Positions 8,227-17,982 of a stretch of DNA of 35,234 nt are shown in pieces. The stretch is from Methanocellales archaeon (GTDB lineage: Archaea > Halobacteriota > JAWCLZ01). The stretch is from positions 1 to 35,234 of the forward strand of contig JAWCMA010000013.1 of the NCBI GenBank assembly GCA_038850285.1, given 5' to 3'. The notes under the pieces were generated by a model that was not told the origin of the DNA, searched no databases, and was given only the letters and a program-made list of their open reading frames with translations. Position 1 is the stretch's first letter; every line of letters begins with the position of its first letter. A program made the position numbers and the translations under genes.

Positions 8227-8257
8227 TTAACCACGCTCCATTCATTGAATTTAGAAT

Positions 8258-9544
8258 CTAAATAAGCCTAGGGGGTAATATTTGTTTTGAAAGTAAATCT
8301 CCATAGGTCTCCCTCTCCCTTATCACTTCAGCGCTGCCATTGCAAACGAGTATTTCTGCACATCTAGGTCTAAGGTTGTATTGCGAACTCATTGCAAAGC
8401 CATAGGCACCTGTGTCTAGAATCGCAATGATATCACCTTGTTCTAATTCAGGCAGCTTTCTATCTCTGGCGAGGATATCCCCAGTTTCACATATGGGCCC
8501 AGCGATGTGATAGAACTCTTTCGGCTCTAAATCTGCTTTATTGGCAACCACTACCTCGTGATAGGCATCGTACATCACTGGTCTAGCAAGTAGATTAAAA
8601 CCAGCGTCTACGTTTGCAAAGTTTTTATAAGCGCGCTTAACTGCAGTTACCTTTGTTAGCAATATAGTTGTATCTCCAACTATATAGCGCCCTGGCTCTA
8701 GAATGAGTTTTAATTTAATCCCGAGCTTGGCTGCTGCAGCTTCATATTCAGGGAGAATTGCAGCTGCTAAATCCTTGGGTGTTGGTATTTTTACCCCAAT
8801 GGTTCTTTCATATGGTATTCCAAGCCCGCCTCCTAAGTCCATGAATTCCAAATGGTTAAATTGAGAGATTTCCTCCACTAGTTTCATCATCTTCCTCGCT
8901 GCCTCTGCAAAGGGAGAGACCTCTAGAATTTGCGAGCCTATGTGGCAGTGGATTCCCACCACTTTTATACCCTTGGTTTGCACTGCTTTCCTATAGGTTT
9001 GAATTACCTCTTCATAGGGTATGCCAAATTTGCTCTGCTTTAATCCAGTTGCTATCTTTGGGTGAGTCTTAGGCGAAATATCTGGATTAACGCGAAATGC
9101 AATTTCAGCCTCTTTTTTCTCCGCTTGTGCAATTTTAGAAAGCAGTTTTAATTCATCCAGTGAATCCACTGAGATCCTAACTCCACTTTGAATTGCCATG
9201 CGGAGTTCCTCTTCGCTTTTTGAATTTCCATTGAAAAGAATTTTCTTCTGGGGTACGCCTGCAAGTAAAGCTAAATAAAGTTCCCCGCCTGAGAAGACAT
9301 CCATGCCTGAGCCCATGTTGGCTAATATCCTCATTATTGCTAAATTGGAATTTGCCTTTGCAGCATAGAAGATCTCTGCCTCTGGAAAAGCACTTTGAAA
9401 GGTTTTGAAGTTCTCCCTCAAGCGATTTTCATCCGTGACATATAAAGGCGTGCCATATTTAGCAGCGAGTTCCACGGTATCAGCATCGCCTATATATAAA
9501 TGGCTTTTTTTAATCTGCAAATGAGGTTCTAGTCTCATATTCAT
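8258..9544 (-). CDS. lysA: Diaminopimelate decarboxylase
   Basis: YGTPLYV, FYAAKAN (PLP lysine), [32 protein letters not shown]. Confidence 0.97.
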   Translation of the reverse strand: MNMRLEPHLQIKKSHLYIGDADTVELAAKYGTPLYVTDENRLRENFKTFQSAFPEAEIFYAAKANSNLAIMRILANMGSGMDVFSGGELYLALLAGVPQKKILFNGNSKSEEELRMAIQSGVRISVDSLDELKLLSKIAQAEKKEAEIAFRVNPDISPKTHPKIATGLKQSKFGIPYEEVIQTYRKAVQTKGIKVVGIHCHIGSQILEVSPFAEAARKMMKLVEEISQFNHLEFMDLGGGLGIPYERTIGVKIPTPKDLAAAILPEYEAAAAKLGIKLKLILEPGRYIVGDTTILLTKVTAVKRAYKNFANVDAGFNLLARPVMYDAYHEVVVANKADLEPKEFYHIAGPICETGDILARDRKLPELEQGDIIAILDTGAYGFAMSSQYNLRPRCAEILVCNGSAEVIRERETYGDLLSKQILPPRLI

Positions 9545-10704
9545 AGTTTCTCCATCCTCTCCACTGCTTCTTTAATCTTAGCAGCATCCTTAGTGAGGGC
9601 GAAGCGAATGTATTTATCTCCAAATTCGCCGAATCCAACTCCAGGTGTAGCCACTATGCCTGCTTTATCTAGCAAAAGCTTGGTGTATTCCATTGAGCTA
9701 TATTGCTCAGGAATTTTTGCCCAGATGTAGAAGGTTGCAAGGGGTTTCTTCGCTTTCAATCCAATTTTCTTCAATCCCTCAAGCAATAAATCTCTTCTAT
9801 TTTGATAATTTTTTTTCATTTCCTCAACGCACTTTTGATCGCCTTTGAGTGCAGCTATACCTGCTATTTGAATTGCCTCAAAAACGCCAGAGTCTACATT
9901 TGTCTTTACCTTGCCAAGTCCACTTAATATCTCGCTATTTCCAACTGCGAATCCAATGCGCCAGCCAGTCATGTTATATGTTTTGGAGAGAGAGTGATAT
10001 TCTATTCCCACTTCCCTTGCACCCTCTACTTCAAGAAAACTCGGGGCTTTATAGCCATCGTATGTGATTTCGGAATAAGCATTGTCATGCACCACTATTA
10101 TCCCATGCTCTTTAGCGTAGTCAACGATTGCTTTGAAGAAAGCTTTACTTGCCACCGCTGAAGTTGGGTTATTGGGATAGTTGATGAACATCAACTTCAC
10201 TTTCCTCGCAATTCTCCCTGGAATTAAGTTTAGGTCTGGCAAGAAATCGTTTTGCTCCAGTAGGGGCATTGTATAAGGCCTGCCGCTGGCAAGTATTGTA
10301 CCAATTTTATAAACAGGATATGCGGGATCTGGAACTAGGGCAATATCACCTGGGTTTATAAATGCTAGGGGTAAATGGGCTATGCCTTCTTTAGAGCCTA
10401 TGAGGCTAATAATTTCCTTCTCCGGGTTGAGATCAACTTTGAAGGTTTTTTTATACCACTCCGCAACTGCTTCTCTAAAGGAAAGCATTCCAACATAAGA
10501 GGGATAGCGATGGGTTTTTGGATCTAAGACTGCTTGGCACATTGCTTCAACGATGTGCTTTGGAGTGGGCCTATCGGGATCTCCAACTCCTAAGTCGATG
10601 ACATCCACTCCTTCTTTTATTTTCTGCTGCTTCAATTCATCGATGGCTGCAAAGAGATACTGGGGGAGAGCATTGATTCTATTTGCATATTCCACTTTAA
10701 TCAT
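9541..10704 (-). CDS. dapL: LL-diaminopimelate aminotransferase
   Basis: [45 protein letters not shown]; ATGA overlap with lysA. Confidence 0.9.
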   Translation of the reverse strand: MIKVEYANRINALPQYLFAAIDELKQQKIKEGVDVIDLGVGDPDRPTPKHIVEAMCQAVLDPKTHRYPSYVGMLSFREAVAEWYKKTFKVDLNPEKEIISLIGSKEGIAHLPLAFINPGDIALVPDPAYPVYKIGTILASGRPYTMPLLEQNDFLPDLNLIPGRIARKVKLMFINYPNNPTSAVASKAFFKAIVDYAKEHGIIVVHDNAYSEITYDGYKAPSFLEVEGAREVGIEYHSLSKTYNMTGWRIGFAVGNSEILSGLGKVKTNVDSGVFEAIQIAGIAALKGDQKCVEEMKKNYQNRRDLLLEGLKKIGLKAKKPLATFYIWAKIPEQYSSMEYTKLLLDKAGIVATPGVGFGEFGDKYIRFALTKDAAKIKEAVERMEKL

Positions 10705-10744
10705 AGCAATGGTTTTTTATCTCGCGCTGTTAATAAGCATTCCC

Positions 10745-11257
10745 TTAATCGATGAACTTAGTGAGGCTCCTCCAGTCCTCTCTCCAAGACCTTGCTCTCG
10801 AAGCTGGATAGCCAATTGGTATTATTGCAACTGGGCGTATTTTTTTAGGCAGCTTAAGTGCTTCGCTTACCTCTCCCTCTCGAAATGCGCCAACCCAGCA
10901 GCTGCCTAGGCCAAGTGCATGTGCCGCTAGAAGCAAATTTTGAATCGCTGCTCCTGTGCTTTGCAAGCAGTATAGGTTTATTCCTCTCTGTCCATAGGAT
11001 GCAGCTACATCCAAATCTGTGCATACCACGATTGCAAATGGGGCTTCGGCGATGAATTCTTGATTAAGTGCAGCTCTAGCGAGCTTCTTCTTTAAATCCT
11101 TATTCCTCACGACATAGAAGCGCCAGGTTTGCAGATTTCCCTCGGATGGGGCCCAAGTGGCTGCTTCCAGCAATTTTTCTATTATATCCTGAGGTACTTC
11201 ATTTTTAAGGAAATCCCTTATACTGCGCCTCTCCTTTATGGCTTCAAATAGATCCAT
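10745..11257 (-). CDS. Nitroreductase-family flavoprotein
   Basis: RRSIRDF, APSEGNLQTW, AAIQNLLLAAHALGLGSCWVG, IPIGYP. Confidence 0.93.
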   Translation of the reverse strand: MDLFEAIKERRSIRDFLKNEVPQDIIEKLLEAATWAPSEGNLQTWRFYVVRNKDLKKKLARAALNQEFIAEAPFAIVVCTDLDVAASYGQRGINLYCLQSTGAAIQNLLLAAHALGLGSCWVGAFREGEVSEALKLPKKIRPVAIIPIGYPASRARSWREDWRSLTKFID

Positions 11258-11385
11258 AGCATCACTAAAATTTGAATTTAATATTTAAAAATGCTTCCAC
11301 TTTTTATCAATCTCAAATCTCAAATCGAAAGACTTATTTAAGGATAGCTTAAACTTGAGTTCAAAAAAAATATGGGGGTACTGGA

Positions 11386-12315
11386 ATGGAAGAAATCATT
11401 TATGTCGTGGGACATAAAAATCCGGATACTGATTCCATATGCTCAGCGATTGCTTATGCAAATTTGAAAAATCAGCAGGGAGAGAAGAATGTAAAACCAG
11501 CTCGAGCGGGGGAACTTAATCTTGAGACAAAATATGTTTTGAATCAATTTAAGTTCCCGGTGCCAGAGTTGATTGCAGATGCCACTAATAAAAAGTTAAT
11601 CATCGTTGATCATAATGAAGTTGGACAAGCGATTGCAAATATAGATAAAGCAGATATCCTAGAGGTATGGGAGCACCATCGCATTGGAGACCTGCAGACT
11701 CCAAAGCCTATTTTCTTCCACTGCGAGCCAGTTGGCTCAACTGCTACATTGATATCGGAGCTTTATTTCAATAAAAATATCAAATTAACAAGGGAAATGG
11801 CTGGAATATTGCTTGCAAGCATACTCTCAGATACAGTGATATTCAAATCACCTACCTGCGCTGAGAAGGACAAGCAAATAGCTGCAAAGCTTCAGCCAAT
11901 AGCTGGCATTGATATGCAGAGCTTTGGCATTGAGATGTTCAAAGCAAAAGCAAATCTAGCTGCGAAGAGTGCAAGCGAGATTTTGAGCACTGATTTCAAA
12001 GAATTCAACTTCGCGGGTAATAAAGTAGGTATAGCGCAAATTGAGGTAATGGAGACCAGCGAGGTTAAGAAGAAGAAGGCAGAAATTCTAAGGGAAATGG
12101 AAAAAACCAGAGTGCAGAAGAACTTGGTTCAAGTTATATTAATGGTTACAGATATAATGAAAGAGGCTAGCGAGCTGTGGTTTGTGGGTGATAAAAAAGA
12201 GGTTTTCGAGAAAGCATTTGGCAAGAAAGTGGTTGATAATGCTATTTACCTCGAGAAGGTCTTGTCTAGGAAGAAGCAAGTTGTTCCACCACTTGAAACA
12301 ACTTTCAAAGCATAA
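11386..12315 (+). CDS. ppaC: Family II (Mn-dependent, DHH) inorganic pyrophosphatase
   Basis: GHKNPDTDS, VDHNE, EHHR, EPVGST, ILSDT, DFKEF, SRKKQVVP. Confidence 0.94.
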   Translation: MEEIIYVVGHKNPDTDSICSAIAYANLKNQQGEKNVKPARAGELNLETKYVLNQFKFPVPELIADATNKKLIIVDHNEVGQAIANIDKADILEVWEHHRIGDLQTPKPIFFHCEPVGSTATLISELYFNKNIKLTREMAGILLASILSDTVIFKSPTCAEKDKQIAAKLQPIAGIDMQSFGIEMFKAKANLAAKSASEILSTDFKEFNFAGNKVGIAQIEVMETSEVKKKKAEILREMEKTRVQKNLVQVILMVTDIMKEASELWFVGDKKEVFEKAFGKKVVDNAIYLEKVLSRKKQVVPPLETTFKA

Positions 12316-12412
12316 AATATTTTAATTTTATATTTTAATATTTTATATATTATTGAATTTAGGATAAGAAAGCATATCTATTCTCTGGTTGTTTATTCAA
12401 TTGGTGATCTAT

Positions 12413-13672
12413 TTGCAGGTGATCGAGAAAGTTATTGCTCGTGAAATACTTGATTCAAGAGGTAATCCCACAGTTGAAGTTGAGGTTTACACCAAAAATG
12501 GCTTTGGCAGAGCATCTATCCCCTCAGGTGCCTCAACTGGTACTCACGAAGCTCTGGAATTAAGAGATGAAAATGAGAGATATCTTGGGAGGGGAGTGCG
12601 AAAGGCAGTTGCAAATATCAATACCATTATAAAGAGAAATATACTTGGCATGAACGTTTTCAAGCAGAGGGAGATAGATAAGCTATTGATTGAGCTCGAT
12701 GGCACTTCAAATAAATCCAAGCTAGGTGCAAATGCAATTCTAGGCGTGAGCATTGCAGTTGCAAAAGCCGCGGCATCTGCAGCTGGGCTGCCTCTCTATC
12801 AATATCTAGGAGGAGCTGCGAGCTATACCATTCCAGTGCCGAGTTTAAATGTAATCAATGGAGGCAAGCACGCTGGGAATAAGCTTGCAATACAGGAATT
12901 TATGATTCAACCAGTTGAAGCAGGTTTATTTGCAGAGGCAATTAGAATGGCTGTGGAAACCTATCATATGCTTAAAAACTTGATCAAGGAGAAATATGGG
13001 ATTGCTTCTACGAATGTAGGAGATGAAGGTGGATATGCTCCAGCCATGACTACTACTAGAGAAGCGCTGGAGGCAATTTCACTCGCTATTGAAAAAGCAG
13101 GCTATGAAGGTAAAATAAAGCTTGGACTGGATAGCGCAGCAAGTGAATTCTTCAAAAATGGAGAATATGCTATTGATGGAAAAAAACTAAGTGGTGGAGA
13201 GTTAATTGATTATTATATTGATATTGCGAAGACATATCCTATATTGCTCTTTGAAGATCCATTTCATGAAGAAGCCTTCCATGAGTTTGCGGAGCTAACC
13301 AGAAAACTTAGGGGGACAATAATAGTGGGCGATGATATCTTTGTGACAAATGTTGCAAGGCTGAAGAAGGGCATTGAGTTAAACGCGGGCAATGCATTGC
13401 TTTTAAAATTGAATCAAATTGGTACCATTAGCGAGGCCTTCGATGCAGCTAGACTTGCTTTCCGAAGCAGCTGGAAGGTAATGGTTAGCCATAGATCTGG
13501 TGAAACTGAAGACACCACGATAGCGGATGTAGCAGTTGCACTTGGAGCAGAGCTGATAAAAGCAGGAGCGCCAGCTAGGAGCGAGCGGAATGCAAAGTAT
13601 AATCAGCTGCTGCGCATCGAGGAACAGCTTGGCGCCAGCGCGCAGTACCTAGGATTAACATTAAAACCTTAA
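12413..13672 (+). CDS. eno: Enolase
   Basis: AREILDSRGNPTVEVEV, PSGASTG, GDEGG, LLKLNQIG, SHRSGETED, RSERNAKYNQLLRIEE. TTG at 12413 follows SD GGTGA. Confidence 0.97.
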   Translation: MQVIEKVIAREILDSRGNPTVEVEVYTKNGFGRASIPSGASTGTHEALELRDENERYLGRGVRKAVANINTIIKRNILGMNVFKQREIDKLLIELDGTSNKSKLGANAILGVSIAVAKAAASAAGLPLYQYLGGAASYTIPVPSLNVINGGKHAGNKLAIQEFMIQPVEAGLFAEAIRMAVETYHMLKNLIKEKYGIASTNVGDEGGYAPAMTTTREALEAISLAIEKAGYEGKIKLGLDSAASEFFKNGEYAIDGKKLSGGELIDYYIDIAKTYPILLFEDPFHEEAFHEFAELTRKLRGTIIVGDDIFVTNVARLKKGIELNAGNALLLKLNQIGTISEAFDAARLAFRSSWKVMVSHRSGETEDTTIADVAVALGAELIKAGAPARSERNAKYNQLLRIEEQLGASAQYLGLTLKP

Positions 13673-13686
13673 TTTCATACCAAAAA

Positions 13687-13730
13687 TTATTTATGTAATA
13701 CTAATTATTACTATTTTAAAAAATGTAACA
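13687..13730 (+). promoter_or_regulatory. Transporter promoter: TATA-like TTATTTAT, palindrome GTAATA-N5-TATTAC, and NikR-like TATTA-N15-TAACA
   Basis: Palindrome at 13695-13711; half-sites at 13706-13710 and 13726-13730 fit the TRWYA-N15-TRWYA NikR pattern. Confidence 0.5.
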
Positions 13731-13744
13731 CTAGGGTGTTTGCT

Positions 13745-14386
13745 ATGCATATACCAGATGGTTTCATTCCCCTTGAACAATGTGCAATATACTTCCTCAT
13801 TGCCGCGCCCTTCATAGTACTTTCAATAAAATGGGCTAGAAGGGAAATGGATGAGATGAAAGTACCTTTACTTGCAACTTTAGCAGCTGGAATATTCGCC
13901 ATTCAAGCTATAAACATACCCATACCTTGGGGAACCAGTGGACACATGATAGGCGCGGTACTCGCCGCTATAATACTCTCCAGTCCCTGGGCTGGAGTGC
14001 TGCTTTTAACAATCGTACTCCTAGTCCAAAGCTTTGTTTTCGCAGATGGAGGAATAACCGCACTTGGCGCTAATATTCTCAACATGGGCATAATCAGCAC
14101 CTTCGTTGGATACTATCTATATTTAGCAATGAAAAAGCTAAATATAGGAATCCCAATAGCAGCCTTCACCGGCGCTTGGTTCGGGCTTTTTATCTCAGCA
14201 ATAGCATGCTCCCTCGAGTTATACCTCGCGGGTACTTTTCCCCTTTATGAAGGCTTGCTATTCATGGGAATGTATCACGCAGTCATTGGATTAATTGCCG
14301 AGGGAATTATAACTGCCATAGTGATAAAAGCAATAGCAATAGTAAAACCAGAGCTCATCGAAAAAAGAATGGAGGCTGCGATATGA
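13745..14386 (+). CDS. nikM: ECF-type Ni/Co transporter substrate component (NikM/CbiM)
   Basis: N-terminal MHIPDGF metal-binding motif, [16 protein letters not shown]; multiple TM segments. ATG at 13745. Confidence 0.88.
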   Translation: MHIPDGFIPLEQCAIYFLIAAPFIVLSIKWARREMDEMKVPLLATLAAGIFAIQAINIPIPWGTSGHMIGAVLAAIILSSPWAGVLLLTIVLLVQSFVFADGGITALGANILNMGIISTFVGYYLYLAMKKLNIGIPIAAFTGAWFGLFISAIACSLELYLAGTFPLYEGLLFMGMYHAVIGLIAEGIITAIVIKAIAIVKPELIEKRMEAAI

Positions 14387-14667
14387 AGCAGCAGCAGATT
14401 TTAAAAACTGGCTTAGCAATTGCACTAGCACTAGCTATCGCTGCTCCCTTCCTCGCCTCTTCCAATCCCGATGGACTCGATAGCACAGCTGAAAAAGTCG
14501 GTGCCGAGGAAAAAGCATACACTGCATTCCCCTCACCAATGGCTGACTACCTTGTGCCCTTTTTAGGCGAAGAAGGGATCTCAAGCAGCATAGCTCTTGC
14601 ACTTGGAGTGATATTGATAGCAGCACTGAGCTATGGAGTGGCTATAGTTTTAAAGAAAAAAGCCTAG
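14383..14667 (+). CDS. nikN: PDGLE-domain membrane subunit (NikN-like)
   Basis: Two TM helices flanking [14 protein letters not shown] and PMADY. Confidence 0.82.
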   Translation: MKQQQILKTGLAIALALAIAAPFLASSNPDGLDSTAEKVGAEEKAYTAFPSPMADYLVPFLGEEGISSSIALALGVILIAALSYGVAIVLKKKA

Positions 14668-14681
14668 CAAAAAGGTAAGCA

Positions 14682-15518
14682 ATGCACATCATCGAGGCGA
14701 AAAATCTCAGCTACATATATCCCGATGGCACAAAAGCACTTGAAAATATAAATTTTAAAGCTGAGCGCGGGGAATGCATTGCCCTCCTTGGTGCAAATGG
14801 CGCGGGGAAGTCAACGCTTCTCAAGCACTTCAATGGCATATTAAAGCCAACCAACGGCCTAGTTCTAATAAAAGGCGAGCCCATTACCAAGCAGAATATT
14901 CTTGAAGTTAGAAAAACAATTGGCTTGGTCTTTCAAGACCCAGATGATCAGATATTTGCGCCCACTGTAAAGCAAGATGTAGCCTTTGGACCGATGAATT
15001 TAGGGCTTTCAAAAGAAGTCATAGAGCATCGAGTCAGCGAAGCCCTTAAACTCGTTGGCTTGGAAGGATACGAGAATCGAGTGCCTCATCACCTCAGCGG
15101 TGGAGAGAAAAAGCGCGTTGCGATCGCAGGCATACTCGCAATGGAGCCCCAGGTGCTCATCCTAGATGAACCTACAGCAGGGCTTGATCCAGATGGAGTT
15201 AAGAAGATCATAAAGCTGCTTAGAGATTTGAATGATAAATTTAGAATTACCATAATAGTTGCCACTCACGATGTTGACACCGTTCCGCTATTCGCAGATC
15301 GAATATGTGTATTATCCACAGGTAGATTAATCCTCGATGGCGCCCCAAGAGCAGTTTTTTCTAGAAGCCAAGTTCTAGAGCAATCAAGCTTAGATCTACC
15401 CGGGGTAACCAAGCTCTTTAAAATCTTAAAGGAAAGTGGAATCCCATGCTTAGATACACCTTTAACCATAGGCGAAGCGAAGGAGGAATTGCTCCGCTTG
15501 CTGGCTTCGAGGAAGTAA
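14682..15518 (+). CDS. cbiO: ECF transporter ATPase (NikO/CbiO)
   Basis: GANGAGKST, VFQDPDDQ, LSGGEKKRVAIAG, LILDEPTAGLDP. Confidence 0.93.
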   Translation: MHIIEAKNLSYIYPDGTKALENINFKAERGECIALLGANGAGKSTLLKHFNGILKPTNGLVLIKGEPITKQNILEVRKTIGLVFQDPDDQIFAPTVKQDVAFGPMNLGLSKEVIEHRVSEALKLVGLEGYENRVPHHLSGGEKKRVAIAGILAMEPQVLILDEPTAGLDPDGVKKIIKLLRDLNDKFRITIIVATHDVDTVPLFADRICVLSTGRLILDGAPRAVFSRSQVLEQSSLDLPGVTKLFKILKESGIPCLDTPLTIGEAKEELLRLLASRK

Positions 15519-15519
15519 T

Positions 15520-16296
15520 ATGATCATTTTCTCCGCAGAAATAGAAAGAGAAGCCTTGAAAAAATCAATGCTGCATAAATTAGAGGGAAGAATAAAAATC
15601 GCCGCAGCTCTTGCAGTAATAATATATGCAGTTTTAGCTAAGGATATCTCAAAACTCTTTGCAGTGGAATGCTATTTAATTGCCCTTGCACTGCTAGCTC
15701 AATTACAGCTAAAGTTACTTGTAAAGCGATTGCTCTTAATACTTCCATTTGGAGGTACTATTGCAATTTTTCAGCTATTCCTCAAAGAAGGTTCAGTGCT
15801 CTATAGCCTTCCACTGGGAATAACAATCACCACCGAGGGCTTGACATTCAGTGCTCTGCTCCTCTCAAAGCTAGCAGTATGCATTACTTCAGTAATATTG
15901 CTATCCTCTCTATCGCCAATGCATGAATTAATTGCCTCAGCTAGAAGAATTGGAATACCAAGAGAAGTAATATTGCTCTTTGGATTATTCGCAAGATATC
16001 TATTTGTCTTCCAAAACGCTTATCAGCGAATTAAACTAGCACAAGAAACGAGATGCTTTCGAATATCAAATCGCAAGGTTCCATATAGTTGGATACTTGA
16101 GCAGCTTTCATATTCCATAAGCTTGCTCTTCATACGTGCATATGAGCAAGGAGAAAGAACTTATATTAGCATGCTTTCAAGAGGATATAACCCAAATTCT
16201 GAGATATATATCGAGAGCAGAAAAATCACATTCAGCGATGGCCTATATTTATTTAACACCATCGCTATACTCCTAGCAGTTCAATATTTGATTTAA
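15520..16296 (+). CDS. cbiQ: ECF transporter T component (NikQ/CbiQ)
   Basis: HKLEGRIK, ARYLF, AQETR, LFIRAYEQGERTYISMLSRGY. Confidence 0.9.
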   Translation: MIIFSAEIEREALKKSMLHKLEGRIKIAAALAVIIYAVLAKDISKLFAVECYLIALALLAQLQLKLLVKRLLLILPFGGTIAIFQLFLKEGSVLYSLPLGITITTEGLTFSALLLSKLAVCITSVILLSSLSPMHELIASARRIGIPREVILLFGLFARYLFVFQNAYQRIKLAQETRCFRISNRKVPYSWILEQLSYSISLLFIRAYEQGERTYISMLSRGYNPNSEIYIESRKITFSDGLYLFNTIAILLAVQYLI

Positions 16297-16317
16297 AAAA
16301 AATACTAAAGGCTAAGG

Positions 16318-16809
16318 CTATTTGACCCTCACTGAGATCCTCTTTCTGGTAACTGGTATTAGCTTTTTCCATTCTATAACTGCATTTTTCTTTATTTTAA
16401 AATCGCTAGCTGAAACATTCGCGAGCTTGCCATTAACTTCATATATATATAATCCTTCATCGCCATTTATCGTGACCACGAATTCCTTCTCCCCAGTTTT
16501 TCTAACTTCCACGCCAGATATCTTCTTTAAGGCATCTAAAACATTTGTTCCCTTTTTCAATGTCAATTCATGGGTTTCAGCGAATTCATCTAAAATATCA
16601 TAGAAATTCTCCAGCTTGCTTCTCAAAACATGCGTCCTGCCATATTTCTTTCTCTCGATCAAGCCATTACTCTCCAGAATCTTCACATGCTTAGCTGCCA
16701 CTGGAACGGAGATTCCAAGCTCTCTAGCTAGTCCAGTAATATGCATTTCTCTCTTCGCTAGTAATTTAAGCATTCTCAATCGAGTAATACAGCTCAATGC
16801 TTTAAACAT
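16318..16809 (-). CDS. ArsR-family HTH regulator with a C-terminal DUF4430/transcobalamin-C-like domain
   Basis: FKALSCITRLRMLKLL...ITGLARELGISVPVAAKHVKILESNGLI (ArsR); NVLDALK...FVVTING...YIYEVNG...ASDFKIKKNAVIEWK (DUF4430-like). Confidence 0.85.
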   Translation of the reverse strand: MFKALSCITRLRMLKLLAKREMHITGLARELGISVPVAAKHVKILESNGLIERKKYGRTHVLRSKLENFYDILDEFAETHELTLKKGTNVLDALKKISGVEVRKTGEKEFVVTINGDEGLYIYEVNGKLANVSASDFKIKKNAVIEWKKLIPVTRKRISVRVK

Positions 16810-16893
16810 TGAATATCGTTACCCAAATTATTAATATTTATTATTCAAAAGATTTTTGATTGCATTTTAACATAGCTTATCCAAGGTGAAAAA

Positions 16894-17982
16894 ATGGAGT
16901 GGATTAGATGCATAAAAAAATTTAGGGAGGAGAAAAACTGGAGGGAGAGCTTTGAAATACCTAAGCGGCCTCTTTTCCTCTGCGTCATGTCCTCAACAAA
17001 AACTGCGAGAATACCGGGAATCTCAGCCGCAGGGAGTTCTCCAGAGCTAACTGATTACACCCCAGCTGGGGACGCAGAGCTAGTGATGCTTGGAGATATA
17101 AAAAGTGTGCCTGAGCTACCAACTACTCCTACAGGTGCTCCCACTCCAGCACTTATCACTCGAGCTGCCCTTAGCCTTATTCACGTACCAGTTTTATTTA
17201 TAGACGCGGGTATAAAGGTCAAGCCCAAAATACCAGTTATAAACATTGGAGCGAGACCAGGAGGGGATATAAGAAGCGGTAAAGCAGTGCCAGAGGCGGT
17301 GGAGATATATGAGTCTTCAATATTGCTGGGCAAGCAGCTCTCTATGCTCGCGGATTTTCTAGTTATAGGTGAAACAATCCCCGGGGGCACTACAACCGCA
17401 CTTGGCGTGCTTCAAGCACTTGGCTGCAATGGCGTGGTAAGCAGCAGCTTCGCTGAGAATCCTATAGAGCTGAAATATAAGACTGTTGAGCTGGGAATGA
17501 AAGCATGTGGAATAAATAAAGGAGAGCTGAAAAATAAGCCGCTTAAAGCAATCTCCTGCTTGGGCGATCCCATGCTTGCGTGCGTACTTGGATTGCTAAA
17601 AGGCATTGAAGCGGAAGCTTGCAGCGCAGTGCTCGCAGGCGGCACGCAGATGATGACTGTTTTAGCCCTTGCCAAGTATATGGATATTAAAAAAGAGATC
17701 TCAATAGCAACCACTAAATTTATCGCTTGCGATAAAAGTGCTAATTTCATTGATTTCACCAGAGAACTAGCTGCGGCAATCTACATAGTAGATCCTGGAT
17801 TTAGAGATTCAAATCTGAAGCAGCTACATGGCTATGAGAGAGGCGAGATAAAAGAAGGAGTTGGCGCTGGGGGAGCAATTTTCCTCGCGGGATTAATGGG
17901 AATCGAGCAAGCTCGGATTAGAAGCGAGATTGAGCGAATATACTGCAAATTCAAATCCAAATCAAATGACCAAATCAAATGA
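16894..17982 (+). CDS. cobT: Archaeal nicotinate-nucleotide:dimethylbenzimidazole phosphoribosyltransferase (CobT-like)
   Basis: IPGISAAG, YTPAGDAE, PTPALITRA, GETIPGGTTTALG, LAGGTQM, KEGVGAGG. SD AGGTGA. Confidence 0.9.
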   Translation: MEWIRCIKKFREEKNWRESFEIPKRPLFLCVMSSTKTARIPGISAAGSSPELTDYTPAGDAELVMLGDIKSVPELPTTPTGAPTPALITRAALSLIHVPVLFIDAGIKVKPKIPVINIGARPGGDIRSGKAVPEAVEIYESSILLGKQLSMLADFLVIGETIPGGTTTALGVLQALGCNGVVSSSFAENPIELKYKTVELGMKACGINKGELKNKPLKAISCLGDPMLACVLGLLKGIEAEACSAVLAGGTQMMTVLALAKYMDIKKEISIATTKFIACDKSANFIDFTRELAAAIYIVDPGFRDSNLKQLHGYERGEIKEGVGAGGAIFLAGLMGIEQARIRSEIERIYCKFKSKSNDQIK

